Shown: positions 1-12,312, numbered from the stretch's first letter. The stretch: DNA of 64,000 bases from Vulcanimicrobiota bacterium (GCA_963795855.1 CAWCIZ010000001.1:665082-729081), one strand, 5' to 3'. Notes: generated by a model not told the origin, from the sequence alone. A program made the numbers and translations.

Positions 1-685
1 CGGTTCGCCGACGCTCTTTCGCGCGGACGGATACGAATTCGTGGAATTGCGCGAGTATATCCCGGGGGACGACATTCGGCGTATCGATTGGGCGGCCACC
101 GCCCGTACCGCGCAATTGCAAACGCGCGTGGTGCTGGAAGACGTCGCCTTGACGCTCGCAGCGATCGTCGACGACTCGCCGTCGATGCAGGTCGGAAGAA
201 TGCGCCCGCTCGCGCAGAGCGCGAAGGAGGCGGTCGACGCGTGGTACGCAGCCGCGCAGTCCGGCGACCGCGTGATGCACGTCGAAATCGACGTGCCCTT
301 CGAGTTGACCAAGGCGCTCGATGCCGCCGGCGCCGCGCTCCCGCGCGGCTGTGCGCTGCTGGTCGCCAGCGACTTTTGGGATCTGCCCGATGACGACGAC
401 GTGCTCGGCTTTCTGGGCTCGCGCTTCGATTGCACGGCGTTGCTTGCACGCGATCCGTGGCATGACGGGCTGCCGCTGAGCGGTCTGCTTCGGATGCGCG
501 ATGCCGAGACCGGCTCCGCCGCGCGGGTGTATTTCGGCAAACGGGAACGTGCCGGCTATTTTCGTGCCGTGCGCGAGCGCGAGCAGCATCTGCTCGAACG
601 CTTCGCACGGACGAATTGGCGCGCGGACGTGCTGGACGAATCCGATGGAGCTGCGTCGTTGCTGCGCGCTTTCGGCGCGGCATGA
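1..685 (+). CDS. DUF58 family protein (MoxR-associated), 5' partial
   Basis: G-Y-E-F-x-E-L-R-E-Y-x-P-G-D-D-I-R-R-I-D-W motif; frame is open from the window edge; precedes a VWA gene. Confidence 0.85.
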   Translation, partial: GSPTLFRADGYEFVELREYIPGDDIRRIDWAATARTAQLQTRVVLEDVALTLAAIVDDSPSMQVGRMRPLAQSAKEAVDAWYAAAQSGDRVMHVEIDVPFELTKALDAAGAALPRGCALLVASDFWDLPDDDDVLGFLGSRFDCTALLARDPWHDGLPLSGLLRMRDAETGSAARVYFGKRERAGYFRAVREREQHLLERFARTNWRADVLDESDGAASLLRAFGAA

Positions 686-1599
686 GTTTCGCGCATCCGG
701 CCTACCTCGGCATCGCGCTGGCCGCCGCAGCGCTGTTTGCGCTGTTGTATCGGCTCGCGGCGCGCCGCAGAACGCAGCAGGCTATCGCGTACTCGAATCT
801 GCCGTTTTTGTTATCGGCGGCCGCGCCGCGCAAGTGGCCCGAGCGTGCCCTGATCGCAGCGTGGGTTGCGGGCGTGGCGCTGATCGTGCTCGCGGTATGC
901 GGGCCCCGCGTGCGCGCGATGGTTCCGTCGTTGGGCGGGCGAGTCGTTCTTTGCGTCGACACGTCGGGATCGATGAACGCAACGGACGTGAATCCGACGC
1001 GGGCGCAAGCGGCGCTCGCAGCGATGCGCGCGTTTATCGCTCGCGCTCCCGCGCAAACGGCTATCGGCGTCATTTCGTTCGCTTCGGACGCGCAAGTCCT
1101 GACGCAGCCGACGCGCGACCGCGACCGGATTGATGCTGCGCTCGAAGACGTTCCCTCGCCGAACGGAGCGACCGCAATCGGCGACGCACTCGACCTCGCG
1201 CGCCGTATCTTGCCGGCGACCGGGGCACGCGCCGTCGTGCTGATAACGGATGGCGAAAACAACGTGGGTTCGGACCCGATGGAAGCGGCGCGCGCGCTCG
1301 GGACCGCACGCATACCGCTGTTCACGATCGGCATCGGCACGAACTCCGGCGCGCTCATCCCAGGCACGCTGCAGACGGCCGGGATCGATGAAGATGCGCT
1401 GCGCGCGTACGCAGCAGCCGCGGGAGGCGCGTACAGCCGCGCAGACGACGCCGTGCAACTGCGCGAGGCGCTCGCGCGTTTGGGAAGAAGCACGTCACTG
1501 ACGCGTGAAACCGTCGACGTGTCGCTCCCCGCAGCGGTCGCGGGCGGCGCTCTGATGGCGCTCACGTTTCTGGCAGGCTTGGCGATTGGGCGGTGGTGA
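682..1599 (+). CDS. VWA domain membrane protein (BatA-like)
   Basis: MSFAHP N-terminus with TM segments, MIDAS DTSGSM, TAIGDAL, LITDGEN; ATGA overlap with the DUF58 stop. Confidence 0.85.
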   Translation: MSFAHPAYLGIALAAAALFALLYRLAARRRTQQAIAYSNLPFLLSAAAPRKWPERALIAAWVAGVALIVLAVCGPRVRAMVPSLGGRVVLCVDTSGSMNATDVNPTRAQAALAAMRAFIARAPAQTAIGVISFASDAQVLTQPTRDRDRIDAALEDVPSPNGATAIGDALDLARRILPATGARAVVLITDGENNVGSDPMEAARALGTARIPLFTIGIGTNSGALIPGTLQTAGIDEDALRAYAAAAGGAYSRADDAVQLREALARLGRSTSLTRETVDVSLPAAVAGGALMALTFLAGLAIGRW

Positions 1600-2241
1600 G
1601 TGGACGAGATCGATTTGACGCACATGCGCACGGCATATCAGCGAACCGAACTGCGCGAGAACGCGGTCTCCACCGATCCGCTCGATCAGCTGCGCCGGTG
1701 GATCGACGAGGCGATCCGAGCGGACGTTCCGGAACCGAACGCAATGTGCGTGAGTACGTGTCTGAGCGGTCAGCCGTCTTCGCGTATGGTGCTGTTGCGC
1801 CGTCTGGATTCCGGCGGCTTGGTGTTTTACACCAGTTACTTCAGCCGGAAAGGTCGAGAGCTGCAAGAAAACCCGCGCGCAGCCGCATTGTTTTACTGGC
1901 CGCAGCTGGAGCGGCAAGTCCGCGTCGAGGGCATGGTCGATCAAATCCCGGAGGACGATTCCGACGCCTATTTCGCCAGCCGTCCGCGCGGCCATCAACT
2001 CGGCGCCTGGGCGTCGGAGCAAAGCGAGCCCGTTGAGAACCGCGACTTGCTCGATCAGCGCATGCGCGACTACGAAGAACGGTTCGGCGGCGAGGACGTT
2101 CCGCGTCCGCATTCGTGGGGCGGCTACGCCATAGTGCCGCAGCGCGTGGAATTTTGGCAGGGACGCCCCAATCGGATGCACGACCGGCTCGAATTCCTGC
2201 GCCGCCACGGGATGTGGTCGATGCGCCGCCTGCAGCCTTGA
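1600..2241 (+). CDS. pdxH: pyridoxamine 5'-phosphate oxidase
   Basis: RMVLL, SRKG, ERQVRVEG, YFASRPRG, EFWQGRPNRMHDR. Confidence 0.95.
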   Translation: MDEIDLTHMRTAYQRTELRENAVSTDPLDQLRRWIDEAIRADVPEPNAMCVSTCLSGQPSSRMVLLRRLDSGGLVFYTSYFSRKGRELQENPRAAALFYWPQLERQVRVEGMVDQIPEDDSDAYFASRPRGHQLGAWASEQSEPVENRDLLDQRMRDYEERFGGEDVPRPHSWGGYAIVPQRVEFWQGRPNRMHDRLEFLRRHGMWSMRRLQP

Positions 2242-2298
2242 GGACGTGTGTCGGTTTCGGGCGCCCTCAAACGTTTGAATGCAGAAGGAGAACACGAC

Positions 2299-2631
2299 AT
2301 GAGTGAATTCGTTTTTCTGTATCGCGGCGGCCGGCGCGGTGAATCTCCGGCCGAAGGCGAGCAAATTATGCAAAAATGGGTTGCTTGGATGCAAGATCTG
2401 GCGACCAAAGGACACATGAAGGACCGTGGTCAGCCGCTCGAGCCCGAAGGCAAAGTCGTGCGCAACGGCAGCGCCGTTACCGACGGTCCGTACCCGGAGT
2501 CGAAAGATCTCGTCGGCGGCTACACACTGATCGAAGCCCGTGATTTGGCGCAGGCTGCGGACCTTGCGCGGGGCTGTCCGATCTTGGAACGGGACGGATT
2601 CGTGGAAGTGCGCCCCGTCATGCAGATGTAG
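2299..2631 (+). CDS. YciI/DGPF family protein
   Basis: TDGPYPESKDLVGGY motif; GAAGGAG SD upstream. Confidence 0.85.
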   Translation: MSEFVFLYRGGRRGESPAEGEQIMQKWVAWMQDLATKGHMKDRGQPLEPEGKVVRNGSAVTDGPYPESKDLVGGYTLIEARDLAQAADLARGCPILERDGFVEVRPVMQM

Positions 2632-3875
2632 TGGACGCACCGGAACGGCTTTTCCGTCACGAGTCCGGACGCATACTCGCCGTTCTCACCCGCATCTTTG
2701 GGCTCAATCAGCTCGCGCTGGCAGAAGACGTCCTCCAAGACACCTTCTGCCGCGCGCTGGAAGTCTGGAAACTTCGCGGCGTCCCGGACAACGCGAGCGC
2801 ATGGCTCGTAAAGACGGCAAAGAATCGGGCGATCGACGTTCTTCGACGGGAACGCACGGCGCGCAAATTCGCTCCCGAACTGCAGCGCCTGTTCGATAGC
2901 GAATGGACGATGGTTCCCACGGTCGCCGAATTCTTCAACGCGGAGACGATCGAGGACGATCGACTGCGCATGATGTTTACGTGCTGCGATTCGCGCATAC
3001 CCGAGGAAGGCCAAGTCGCCTTGATGCTCAATCTGCTTGCCGGATTTTCGGCAAGCGAGATCGCGGCTACTTTCTTGACGAAACCGGCGACCGTGGAAAA
3101 GCGAATCGAGCGCGCCAAACACGTCTTGTCTACGAATCAAGATTTGTTCGAATTCAGCGACGCCGATTTGCCGCCTCGCTTGTCGGCCGTGCACCGAACC
3201 TTATATCTGCTGTTCAACGAGGGATACCACGGCGCGTCAAAGCGGACGCCGGTGCGAGTCGAGTTGTGCCGCGAGGCGATGCGGCTGGCATCCTTATTGC
3301 TGGACGAGCCGCTGGTATCCACGCCGCAAACGTATGCTTTGTGCGCGCTCATGTGGCTGCACGCAGGACGGTTGCCCGCGCGCGTGAACGGCGAAGGCGA
3401 CTTGATCGCGTTGACGGAGCAAGACCGCTCGCTTTGGGACGCGGCGCTGATCAAAAAAGGAAACGCGTTTCTGGAAGCTTCGGCGACCGGTCCCGAAGTG
3501 AGCGAGTATCACGTGGAGGCCGCGATCGCTTCGATACACGCAAATGCGACAAGCACGCAAGACACCGAGTGGGCCAAAATCGTCTGGCTGTACGACACGC
3601 TCATGGCCATTCGGCCATCGCCAATCGTCGCGTTGAATCGCGCCATCGCGATCGGCAATCAGTTTGGTCCGGTTCGCGGCATCGAAGCGATATTGGCGAT
3701 AGAGCAGCGCGAAAGACTCGCATCGTATCCGTTTCTCCCGGCCGCGCTCGGCGAGCTGGAACTGCGCAGCGGGCGAATGAGCGAAGCGCGAGGCCATTTC
3801 GAGCGCGCCGCCGCGCTCGCGCGCAGCCCGATGGAGCGGCGGTTTCTGACCTCGCGCGTCGAGTCGCTTACCTGA
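2631..3875 (+). CDS. ECF sigma factor with C-terminal TPR-like extension (ECF42-like)
   Basis: AEDVLQD..AL..W, AWL...AKNRAIDVLRR, YLLFNEGY, LTEQDRSLWD; coupled to the DGPF gene. Confidence 0.85.
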   Translation: MDAPERLFRHESGRILAVLTRIFGLNQLALAEDVLQDTFCRALEVWKLRGVPDNASAWLVKTAKNRAIDVLRRERTARKFAPELQRLFDSEWTMVPTVAEFFNAETIEDDRLRMMFTCCDSRIPEEGQVALMLNLLAGFSASEIAATFLTKPATVEKRIERAKHVLSTNQDLFEFSDADLPPRLSAVHRTLYLLFNEGYHGASKRTPVRVELCREAMRLASLLLDEPLVSTPQTYALCALMWLHAGRLPARVNGEGDLIALTEQDRSLWDAALIKKGNAFLEASATGPEVSEYHVEAAIASIHANATSTQDTEWAKIVWLYDTLMAIRPSPIVALNRAIAIGNQFGPVRGIEAILAIEQRERLASYPFLPAALGELELRSGRMSEARGHFERAAALARSPMERRFLTSRVESLT

Positions 3876-3984
3876 ACTGCAGGCCGGGCGGTCTGGGCGG
3901 GTCCTAAAGGACCACCGGGCCAGCATCCCTGCCTTTTCGGCACTGTGCCCGGCCGCAGCACGCCCGGTACGATTGCCTTCAGAA

Positions 3985-4986
3985 ATGACCACGTACCTCG
4001 TCACCGGCGCGGCCGGTTTTATCGGCTCGGCTCTCGTGCGCGCTCTGCTGGAGCGCGGCGAGCGGGTGCGCGCGCTCGACAACTTCAAAACCGGCAAGCG
4101 CGAAAACCTCGAGGAAACGTATCGTGAAATCGAGTTTTTCGAAGTCGATCTGAACGACACGCAGCCGCTTGCCGAGATCTGCCGCGGCGTCGACTGCATC
4201 TTTCACGAAGTCTGCGATTCCGTCGGTTCCCAAATCGGTAGCCGATCCGCTCTCAGTCACCTTGCCAACGTCGACGGAACGCTGAGTTTGCTGCTTGCCG
4301 CGCGCGAAACGCGCGTCGGCCGCGTCGTGTATGCCGCATCCTCGTCGGCATACGGCGATACGCCGTCGCTGCCCAAGCGCGAGGACATGAAGCCGAATCC
4401 GATCTCGCCGTACGCCGTGCAAAAACTTTGCGGCGAGTTGTATACGAGCGCGTTTCACCGCGTGTACGGCATGGAAACCGTGGCGCTGCGGTACTTCAAC
4501 GTTTTCGGCCCGCGCCAAGACGCGACGAGTCAGTATTCCGGCGTGCTCTCGAAGTTCATCACGTGCATGCTCGAGGGCCGTGCGCCCACGATCTTCGGAG
4601 ATGGAACGCAGAGCCGCGACTTCACCTACGTCGAGAACGTCGTCCAGGCGAATCTGCTGGCTTCGTCCGCGGATGCGAGCGCGATTGCGGGGCGCACGTT
4701 CAACGTTGCGACCGGCGTGCGCTTCTCGCTGATGCAAGTCTTCGAAACGCTCAAAACGATTACCGGATTCGCCGGGGAACCGCTGTTCGACGCCGCGCGT
4801 GTCGGCGACGTCAAGCATTCCCTGGCCGATATAAGCGCGGCGCGCGATGCTTTCGGCTACCAGCCGGTCGTCGGCTTCGAAGACGGCTTGCGGCGAACCG
4901 TCGAGTGGTACCGCGAGCAGGCTGAAAATACCGCAGGAAACTCCTGCAGTAACTGCCCCGTAAGGCGGCTAACCTCGGGCATCTAG
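3985..4986 (+). CDS. NAD-dependent nucleotide-sugar epimerase/dehydratase (extended SDR)
   Basis: [30 protein letters not shown]; compensated frameshift pair at ~4210-4255. Confidence 0.9.
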   Translation: MTTYLVTGAAGFIGSALVRALLERGERVRALDNFKTGKRENLEETYREIEFFEVDLNDTQPLAEICRGVDCIFHEVCDSVGSQIGSRSALSHLANVDGTLSLLLAARETRVGRVVYAASSSAYGDTPSLPKREDMKPNPISPYAVQKLCGELYTSAFHRVYGMETVALRYFNVFGPRQDATSQYSGVLSKFITCMLEGRAPTIFGDGTQSRDFTYVENVVQANLLASSADASAIAGRTFNVATGVRFSLMQVFETLKTITGFAGEPLFDAARVGDVKHSLADISAARDAFGYQPVVGFEDGLRRTVEWYREQAENTAGNSCSNCPVRRLTSGI

Positions 4987-4987
4987 C

Positions 4988-7900
4988 ATGCCCCCCCAAA
5001 AGAGCGTCCTCGTTATCGGCTCAGGCCCCATCGTGATCGGCCAAGCCGCCGAATTCGACTACGCCGGCGTTCAGGCGTGCCGCGCGCTTCGCGAAGAAGG
5101 CCACCGCGTCGTCCTCGTCAACTCGAACCCCGCCACCATCATGACCGACCCGGAAGTTGCGGACGCGGTGTACCTGGAGCCGCTGACCGTCGCTTCAGTC
5201 GAAGGCATCATCGAACGCGAGCGGCCGAACGCGCTGCTGCCCACGCTCGGCGGCCAAACCGGGCTGAATCTTGCGGTCGAATTGCACGAAGCGGGCGTTC
5301 TCGAGCGGTACGGCGTCGAGCTGCTGGAACGCCGGTCGAAACGATCAAACTCGCCGAAGATCGGGAGCGCTTCAAGGCCAAGATGATCGAAATCGGCGAG
5401 CCGGTTCCGACAAGCGCCGTCGTCACGCAAATCGACCAAGGTCTCGCGTTCGCGCAGCAGTACGGTTATCCGCTGGTGGTGCGGCCCGCATACACGCTCG
5501 GCGGCACCGGCGGCGGCATCGTCTACAACGAGAACGATCTGCTTGAAACGCTCGAGAGCGGCCTCTCCGCGTCGCTCATCCACCAAGTGCTGCTCGAAAC
5601 CTCGCTTCTGGGATGGAAAGAAGTCGAGTACGAAGTGCTGCGCGACGGTGCGAACAACGTGCATCATCGTTTGCAACATGGAAAACATCGATCCCGTCGG
5701 CGTGCATACCGGGGACTCGATCGTCGTCGCCCCCTCGCAGACGCTCTCGGATCTCGAATATCAAATGCTGCGCACCGCGAGCCTCAACGTCATTCGCGCG
5801 CTGAACGTGCAAGGCGGCTGCAACATTCAATTCGCGCTGCATCCCGAGCGCAGCGAATACGCCATCATCGAAGTCAATCCGCGCGTCTCGCGCAGTTCGG
5901 CGCTTGCGAGCAAAGCGACGGGCTATCCGATCGCCAAAATCAGCACGCGGATCGCGCTTGGTCAAACGCTCGACGAGATCCCGAATCCGGTGACCGGCGT
6001 TACGAAAGCGGCGTACGAACCGACGCTGGATTACGTCGTCGTGAAAATTCCGCGCTGGCCGTTCGACAAATTTCCGCTTGCCGACACGTCGCTCGGCACG
6101 CAGATGAAATCAACCGGCGAAGCCATGGGAATCGGCCGCACGTTTCAAGACGCGCTCATGAAGGCGGTTCGCGGGCTCGATCTCAAGCGCAGCGCGCTCA
6201 CGGGCAACGCGCTGACCGAGTGGAGCGACGCCGAACTCGAAAACGTGGTCGCGCATCCGAACCACGAGCGCTTGTTCGCGGCGGCCGAAATGATTCGCCG
6301 AGCGCTTGAAACCGAACGGGTCGACGCGGCGATAGAGCGCATCGTCGAACTTTCCGCGATCGATCGGTTCTGGCTCTACGAGATCGTGGAGATCGTCCGT
6401 GACGAATCGGCCTCGCATGCGCGCGACGGGACCATCGTGTTTCGGATGGTGGACACGGCCGCGGCCGAGTTTCCCGCGAAATCGCCTTACTATTACATCT
6501 CGCGAAACGAGCGCGACGAGATGCGCAAGCCGCCGCATGAAGCGGTCGTCGTGGTGGGCAGCGGACCGATTCGCATCGGCCAGGGCATCGAGTTCGACTA
6601 TTCGTGCGTGCATGCGGCGTGGGCGCTGCGCGAGGCCGGCTGCTCGCCGGTCGTCATCAACAATAATCCCGAAACCGTTTCGACCGACTTCGATATATCC
6701 GACGTGCTGATCTTCGAACCGCCCGGTGCGGATGAAGTGGAAGCGGCGTACCGATCGACGAGCGCGCGCGGCGTCATGCTGGCTTTCGGCGGACAAACCG
6801 CGATCAATCTTGCCGACGAACTCGCGCGCCGCGGCGTGCCCATCATCGGTAGCGATCGCCGCAGCCTCGATATGGCGGAGGATCGCGAGAAATTCGACGC
6901 CGCGCTTCGCCGCCTGGGCGTCGCCCGCCCCGAAGGCAAGGCCGCGCGTTCGTTTCGCGAGGCGCGCGCCATCGCACGCGAACTCGGCTTTCCCGTTCTG
7001 GTCCGTCCGTCGTACGTGCTCGGCGGCCGCGGCATGGAGGTCGTGTATAACGAAGGCCAGCTCGCGTCCTATGCGGAGTCGGCGCCCCCGATTCTCGCCG
7101 GACGCGCCGCTGCTGGTGGACAAGTATCTGCGCGGCTTGGAAGCCGAAGTTGACGCCGCGTTCGACGGCGACGACATTCTGATTCCCGGCATTTTCGAAC
7201 ACATCGAGCGAGCCGGTATCCATTCGGGCGACTCGATCAGCGTCTATCCCGCGCAAACGATCTCGGCGGAGATGAAGGAGCGGATCGTCGAGGTAACCAC
7301 GGCGATCGCGCGCGAACTGAACATTCGCGGCCTGATCAACATTCAGTTCGTCATTCACGAAGGCCAGCTCTACATCATCGAAGCGAATCCGCGCGCCAGC
7401 CGAACGGTGCCGATCATCCAGAAGGCGACCGGCGTGAATTTGGTCGCCGCAGCCACGCGTATCGCGCTCGGCGAGCAGCTGCGCGACATGCCGTACGGGA
7501 CGGGGCTTGCGCCGCAGCGCGCCGTTCGTCGTCGTGAAGATTCCCGTCTTCTCGTTCGCCAAGATGCGCGGCGTCGAAACGATTCTCGGGCCCGAGATGA
7601 AGTCGACCGGCGAAGTGCTCGGCATCGACGAACGGTTTGCCGGCGCGCTGCGCAAAGGATTCATCGCCGCCGGCGTGCGTCTGCCGAATGAAGGCGGCCG
7701 AATACTGGTGTCGATTGCGGATGAGGAAAAAGAGCGAATCGATCGCGGTGCTGCGAGCGGTACGTCGAAACTCGGTCATACGCTCATCGCGACGCCCGGC
7801 ACGCGCGAGTATTTGCAAGCGGCCGGCATTCCGTGCTCGCAGGTCAACAAGATCGCCGACGGGTCGCCGCACGTACTCGATCTCATCTCGCGAGCGCGGC

Positions 7901-8107
7901 GTCGATCTCGTCATCAACGATGCGCAAGAGCCCGCGGGAAATCTCCGACAACTACCGCATCCGGCGCGCCGCGGTCGAGGCGAACATCGCGTGCTTGACG
8001 AGCCTGGACACCGCGCGCGCGCTAGCCGAAGCGCTGGAAAACACCGCCGGACCGCCGCGCCCGCTGCAAGAATACCGATGCGCTCAGACGCAAGCTTCAC
8101 GTCCTGA
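4988..8107 (+). CDS. carB: carbamoyl-phosphate synthase large subunit (several apparent sequencing frameshifts; 3' end approximate)
   Basis: [74 protein letters not shown] domain, spread over successive frames. Confidence 0.92.
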
Positions 8108-8169
8108 ATCTGAGCGCGCAGGCGCCGAGCGCTTTCGTTCTGGGTGGAAACGCCAGCACGCTCGCATTC

Positions 8170-8842
8170 GTGAGCGCAACTACGCGCGGACTCGCCCAGC
8201 GTTACCGCGCAACTCGTGCCGATCGCGCAGACGCCGCTCGGCGCGGTCACCGGCGATACCTGGCAAAACGTCATCGTCGCCATGGCCGGATTGCTCGATT
8301 GGCTCGACAGAACGTTTCCGCCGGACGACGAGCGCGCGTTCGTCGCGCCGCTGCGCGACATCGAATTGCTGGCGCGCATCAACTGGCAGGCGGAGCCGCC
8401 GCCGCGGCTCGACGACGAGAGCGTGCTGAACATCGAAGACGTGCCCGAAGAGATCGCGGATGCGTTGCTGCACGCGCCGGAACCGCTCGTGCAATGCGCC
8501 GCGTGCCGCCGTTTGTGCGTGCGCGATCAGTTCGTGTGGGAAAGAACGCAGCTGTGCGCGTGGGATTATCACCGGCAAGTGTTCGGCAAGCGGGGCCCCT
8601 GGCATACCGGCGTCTACGAAGCGCGTCATTTCGAGACGATTCCTTTCGCCGCATACGTTGCGCCGCCGCTGCTCGAGGAGGCAGGCGTCGACGTCGTTCT
8701 CGCAGTTGCGGACGTGGAAGACGGGGTCGCGCGCGAAGCGCTGAACATCGTGCTGGCGGGCGATGCCGCGCGCGCATATCAGGCAGTGCGCACGCCGGCC
8801 GGATATACGCTGCTGCGCGAACGCTCCGGCGCGCCCGCGTGA
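8170..8842 (+). CDS. hypothetical protein with Cys cluster (start uncertain, probable frameshift ~8212)
   Basis: 208-aa ORF 8216-8842 with CAAC-x3-C...C...H; GTGA overlap with the downstream PBP gene. Confidence 0.65.
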
Positions 8843-10251
8843 GTCCAGCGACGATCTCGCGGCTCGGCGGGCTCTTCGCAGTCCTGTTTGCGATGCTCGT
8901 CGTACGCCAAGCTTACGTGCAGCGTGATCGCGGGTCCGGCGATCGCGGGGAATCCGTATAATCCTCGCCACGCTATACTCGGTACGCATCGCGGGCGCAT
9001 CCTCGCGAGCGACGGCACCGTACTCGCGCACACCGTCGGCAGCACGCGTTCCTATCCGCTCGGCGCGTCGCTCGCGCAGACGGTGGGATACGTCTCCGAA
9101 CGCTACGGCACGAGCGGGTTGGAAGACGCTTACGATCGCGCGCTCACGCCGGCCGACACGACCGGGGACGTCGTCGCGCAAATCGGCGAATCGTGGAAGC
9201 ATTCAGCGGGCGAAGCGCGATATCTCGCGGCGCCGACGTCGTCACGACTATCGATCCGGCGGTGCAGAACGAATTGTACGCGTCTGCTATCCGGATACTC
9301 GCGGGGTGCGGGGGTCGTGCTCGATCCGCGCAGCGGCGCCGTGCTCGCGCTCGCGAGCGTTCCGAGCTTCGATCCGAATCGGCTCCGCAGCGAATTCTCA
9401 TCGCTTGCTGCACGACCCGAGCAGTCCGTTGCTCAACCGGAGCATCGACGGGCTCTATCCGCCCGGGTCGACGTTCAAGATCTTCACCGCCTCGGCCGCG
9501 CTCGATTCGGGGATCGTGACGATGCAGTCGACGTTTTACGATCCCGGGTACTACACGATCGGCAACTTCACGCTGCACGACGACGAAGGAGAAGCCACCG
9601 GTACGCAAGATCTCACGGGTGCGTTCGCTCTTTCCAGTAACGTCGATTTCGGTCAGATCGCGCTGAAGATGGGCACGGACACGTTTTACCGGTATCTGGA
9701 CCGCTGGGGTATAGGCGATTCACTCGACTTTCAAATGCCCGCGTCCCGCGACCGCGTTCCGCCGGCGGCGTCGATCGTTCCGGGCGAGCTCGCGCAGATG
9801 GGCTTCGGCCAAGGCGCATTGCTGATGACTCCGCTGCAAATGGCGCTCGTGGCCGCCACGATCGCAAACGGCGGTTCGGAGCCGCGGCCGTACATCGTGC
9901 GGCAGGTCGTCCGCCCCGGCGGGGCCGCGAGCAGCTACGGAGCCGGCGAGCTTGCGACCCCCATATCGGCGGATACCGCGGAGAATGTGAAGAAGATGAT
10001 GATCGCGGTGGTGCAGCGCGGAACCGGAACGCCGGCGCAGCCTCGCGGGCGTGACCGTCGCCGGAAAAACCGGCACGGCCACAAACCCTTCGGGCGCTCC
10101 GCACTCGTGGTTCGTCTGCTTTGCGCCGGCAGAAAATCCGCGCGTAGCCGTTGCCGTTGTCGTCGAAAACGCGGGATACGGGGCCGCCGTTGCCGCGCCC
10201 ATCGCGCGAAATGTCTTACGCGTCGCACTGAGACCAGCGGAAGTGATCTGA
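8839..10251 (+). CDS. class B penicillin-binding transpeptidase (PbpA-like), frameshifted
   Basis: [17 protein letters not shown] (SxxK), SSN (SxN), GKTGTA (KTG), [13 protein letters not shown]. Confidence 0.88.
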
Positions 10252-12312
10252 CGAGCAGCACGTATTCAACAACCGCTACCGCCTCGACGGTAAACTCGGC
10301 GAGGGCGGCATGGCGACGGTGTATTGCGGCACGGATACGCTGCTGCGCCGCCGCGTCGCGATCAAAGTGCTGCGCGAGCAGTACGCTTCCGATCGAGGAA
10401 TTCGTGCGCCGCTTCTATCAGGAAGCGGAGTCCGCCGCGCGTCTTTCACATCCGAACATCGTCAACACGTACGACGTCGGCCGTGAAGGCGACGACGTAC
10501 TACATCGTGATGGAATTGGTCGACGGCCCCTCGCTCGGCGAGATCATCGCCTCGGACGGCAAGCTGCCCGAACCGGTCGCCATCGACTACGCCGCGCAGA
10601 TCTGCAACGGGCTCGCTTACGCGCACCGGCAAGGGCTGCTGCACCGCGACATCAAGCCGGCGAACATTCTGATTACCAAGGACGACGTCGTCAAACTTTC
10701 CGATTTCGGCATCGCGCGCGCGATGTCGCAGCAGACGATGGCGATGACGCGCCCGGGATTGATCATGGGCAGCGTCTACTATCTTTCGCCGGAGCAGGCG
10801 CAGGGACACGAGCTGCACGAAACGTCCGACCTGTACAGCGTCGGCGTCGTGCTTTATCAGATGCTCATGGGCCGTCTCCCGTACACGGGCGATTCGCCGG
10901 TTACCGTTGCGCTCAAGCATGTTTCCGATCCCGTTCCGGTCATCGATCCGGAAAGCAGCGGCGTGAGTCCGGCGCTGGCCTCGATCGTCAACCGGCTGCT
11001 TCAGAAGCAGCCCGAACACCGTTTTCAATCCGCCAGCGAAGTTGCCTCGGCGCTGCGCGAAGCGCGCGAGCGTCCTGCGGTGGCAACCTATTCGACGCAC
11101 GACGATTCACCGGCGGAACCCATTACCGGGCCGCTGCAACCGCCGCCGCGTCCGTCGCGACTGCCGGATCGCCCCACCGACATGGATGAAGAACCGCGGC
11201 CGCGTTCCGTGGGCCCGTACATTTTGTTCGTCATCGCCGCCCTCGTCATAGCGACGGCCGCGGCGTTCTTCCTGACGCGTCCAGGCGTGCCGCGCGTAAC
11301 GCTCGACAATTACGTCGGAATGACGGACGCGCAAGCGCAGCAAGCCGTCGTCAACGCCGGCCTCGACTACAAGATTTCCCGTCAGACCAGCGCAACGGTT
11401 GCGCCGAATCACGTCATCAGTCAAGATCCGGGCGCAAACAGTTCGGTCGCGAAAGGCAGCACGATCGCACTGGTGATCAGCAGCGGCAAACCGGTCGTCG
11501 GTTTGCGCGACGTCACCGGATATACGGTTTCGGATGCGCAGAAAGATCTCGCGTTCGACACGTTCCAAATAAAGATGCAGCACAAGTACGACCCCTCGCC
11601 GAAAGACACGGTGATCGCCGAAAAGCCGAAACCCGGCACGAAACTGCGCCAAGGTTCGACTGTGACGCTGGTCGTGTCCGACGGCCCTGCACCCATAAAA
11701 ATGCCGCATTTGGTGGGTTTGAAACTCGACAAGGCGCGGGCGATCGCCGGGCGCGACGGCTTCACGATAAACATCACCGAGACCGGCCAGTTCAACAACA
11801 TTCCCTCGAACGTGATCGAGTGGCAGGACGTGCCGGCCGGAAGCATGATTCCGTCCGATCACTCGCAGACGGTAAACGTCGTCGTGAGCACCGGCGGCGG
11901 ACTTGCGAGCGTCCCCAACGTCGTCAACGCCGGTTTCGTGAACGCCAATCAAACGCTGCTCAAGGCCGGGTTCACGGTCGACATCACGTACATGATTCAT
12001 CCGGCGTCGGCCGACAACGGTCTGGTCGTGCAGCAAGATCCCGCCGGGAACACGCCGCTTGAAAAAGGCAGCAGCGTGAAGATAATGGTTTCGGTTCCGG
12101 GTGAGGTACCCGACACCGAAGGCATGGATCTGCAGAGTGCCAAGAACACGCTGATGAACGCCGGCTACACGCCGGGCAACATCACGCTCACGACGGAAGG
12201 CGCCGGCGGAAAAGTCGTGCGCACGGAGCCGTTCGCGGGTACGCCGGCGCGTCCGGGCGCCGAAGTCAGCATCTACGTCAACAGCGCGAGCGCGCAGCCG
12301 CCGCAGCCGTGA
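10249..12312 (+). CDS. pknB: PASTA-domain Ser/Thr protein kinase (PknB/PrkC family), 5' frameshifts
   Basis: [18 protein letters not shown] in the upstream frame, [24 protein letters not shown] helix, about four PASTA repeats. Confidence 0.9.

Noticed and set aside
3877..3958. c-di-GMP-I or ZTP riboswitch
   Set aside because: Only partial word matches; the conserved GGCAAA/GACGCAAAG core and the ZTP element order are absent.
4988..10500. Programmed frameshifting or pseudogenisation of carB/pbpA/pknB
   Set aside because: Too many breaks, no recurring slippery motif, and the same pattern in essential genes across the window.
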